Below the pieces are notes generated by a model. It worked only from the letters and a program-made list of their open reading frames with translations, made no database searches and had not been told where the DNA came from. DNA of 24,000 nucleotides. Source: Paucimonas sp. GTDB taxonomy: Bacteria > Pseudomonadota > Gammaproteobacteria > Burkholderiales > Burkholderiaceae_D. This document shows positions 23,260 through 24,000 of the stretch, in pieces. Every line of letters starts with the position of its first letter. Position 1 is the first letter of the stretch. A program made the position numbers and the translations under genes. The stretch spans positions 43,033 through 67,032 of the forward strand of contig DASPLX010000034.1 in the NCBI GenBank assembly GCA_035627375.1, written 5' to 3'.

Positions 23260-24000
23260 ATGCTGATCGGAGTACCCAAGGAAATCAAGAATCATGAATA
23301 CCGCGTCGGCCTGACGCCGTCCAGCGTGCGCGAGCTGATCGCGCACGGACACGCGGTGATCGTCGAGAAAAATGCCGGCAGCGGCATCGGCGTCGGCGAC
23401 GGCGACTATGAAGCGGCAGGCGCCGCCATCGTCGCAAGCGCGGAAGAAGTGTTCGAGCGCGCCGAGATGATCGTCAAGGTCAAGGAGCCGCAGGCGGTCG
23501 AGCGGGCCCGCCTGCGGCCCGGCCAAGTGTTGTTCACCTATCTGCATCTCGCCCCCGACCCGGCCCAGACCGAGGAACTGGTCGCTAGCGGCGCCGTCTG
23601 CATCGCCTATGAAACGGTGACCAACAACGCCGGCGGCCTGCCGCTGCTCGCGCCGATGTCGGAGGTGGCGGGACGCATGTCGATCCAGTGCGGCGCGCAC
23701 TGCCTGGAAAAGGCGAGCGGCGGCCGCGGCATGCTGCTGGGCGGCGTGCCCGGCGTGGAAGCGGCCAAGGTCGTGATTCTCGGCGGCGGCGTGGTCGGCT
23801 CCAATGCCGCGATCATGGCGGTCGGCATGGGGGCGCAGGTCGTCGTTCTCGACCGCTCGCTCGACACCCTGCGCAACCTGGTGCGCCAGTTCGGCACGCG
23901 TATCGAAACCGTGTTTTCCACCAGCGACGCGGTCGAGCGCCACGTGCTGTCGGCGGATCTCGTCATCGGCGGCGTGCTGATCCCGGGAGCGGCGGCGCCC
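23260..24000 (+). CDS. ald: Alanine dehydrogenase, N-terminal 247 codons (3' end runs off the window)
   Basis: Not in the ORF track because it has no stop in the window. My own translation from ATG 23260 (RBS GGGAGA) gives [40 protein letters not shown]...MIVKVKEP...LFTYLHLA...MSEVAGRM...[14 protein letters not shown] (Rossmann GxGxxG). This is a classic Ald sequence. Confidence 0.95.
   Translation, partial: MLIGVPKEIKNHEYRVGLTPSSVRELIAHGHAVIVEKNAGSGIGVGDGDYEAAGAAIVASAEEVFERAEMIVKVKEPQAVERARLRPGQVLFTYLHLAPDPAQTEELVASGAVCIAYETVTNNAGGLPLLAPMSEVAGRMSIQCGAHCLEKASGGRGMLLGGVPGVEAAKVVILGGGVVGSNAAIMAVGMGAQVVVLDRSLDTLRNLVRQFGTRIETVFSTSDAVERHVLSADLVIGGVLIPGAAAP

Noticed and set aside
22963-23943. 326-aa minus-strand ORF
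   Set aside because: It is antisense to the unmistakable alanine dehydrogenase reading frame.
1-24000. Mobile elements, CRISPR arrays, tRNA/rRNA genes
   Set aside because: No transposase or integrase-like ORFs, no regularly spaced direct repeats, and no tRNA-like or rRNA-like segments were seen on either strand.

Overview
High-GC (qualitatively about 65-70%) proteobacterial chromosomal segment; the gene content looks betaproteobacterial/Burkholderiales-like, but taxonomy cannot be proven from here. No rRNA, tRNA, CRISPR array, transposase or integrase was recognised. About 23 of the calls are believable CDSs (plus one low-confidence 32-codon ORF). Nearly all the other long ORFs in the track are Arg/Ala/Gly/Pro-rich antisense or out-of-frame shadows typical of high-GC DNA.

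Left third (1-4405): a molybdenum/tungsten cofactor module, with mobA (truncated, minus strand) divergent from fdhD-tupB-tupC-tupA (tungstate ABC importer). Middle (4.4-9.8 kb): housekeeping and accessory genes, namely a DUF1232 protein, a MATE efflux pump, an orphan family-3 solute-binding protein, an outer-membrane barrel and an AraC regulator.

The most interesting part is 9.8-20.5 kb, which holds two divergent units. The minus-strand unit encodes a MalT/LAL-type STAND-LuxR regulator, a free-standing periplasmic C39 cysteine peptidase, a 341-aa OM barrel, a 547-aa FadL/TodX-like OM barrel and a DUF2059-like periplasmic protein. The plus-strand operon has four tightly packed paralogous secreted proteins. 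In each, a Sec-type signal peptide is followed directly by a bacteriocin-style double-glycine-leader-like motif; the best example is LNDEELAQISGG|DGVS. No ABC/PCAT exporter, chaperone-usher, T1SS or T2SS component is present.

I interpret this as a poorly characterised or undescribed periplasmic C39-processing plus dedicated-barrel surface fibre or secretion system. Its architecture is reminiscent of Pseudomonas Fap and the Acinetobacter Fil locus, but the cargo family is different. Right end: an orphan CheY-like receiver, a lower-GC pair (short PstS-like periplasmic protein plus OM barrel) with a clean terminator, and the 5' part of alanine dehydrogenase.
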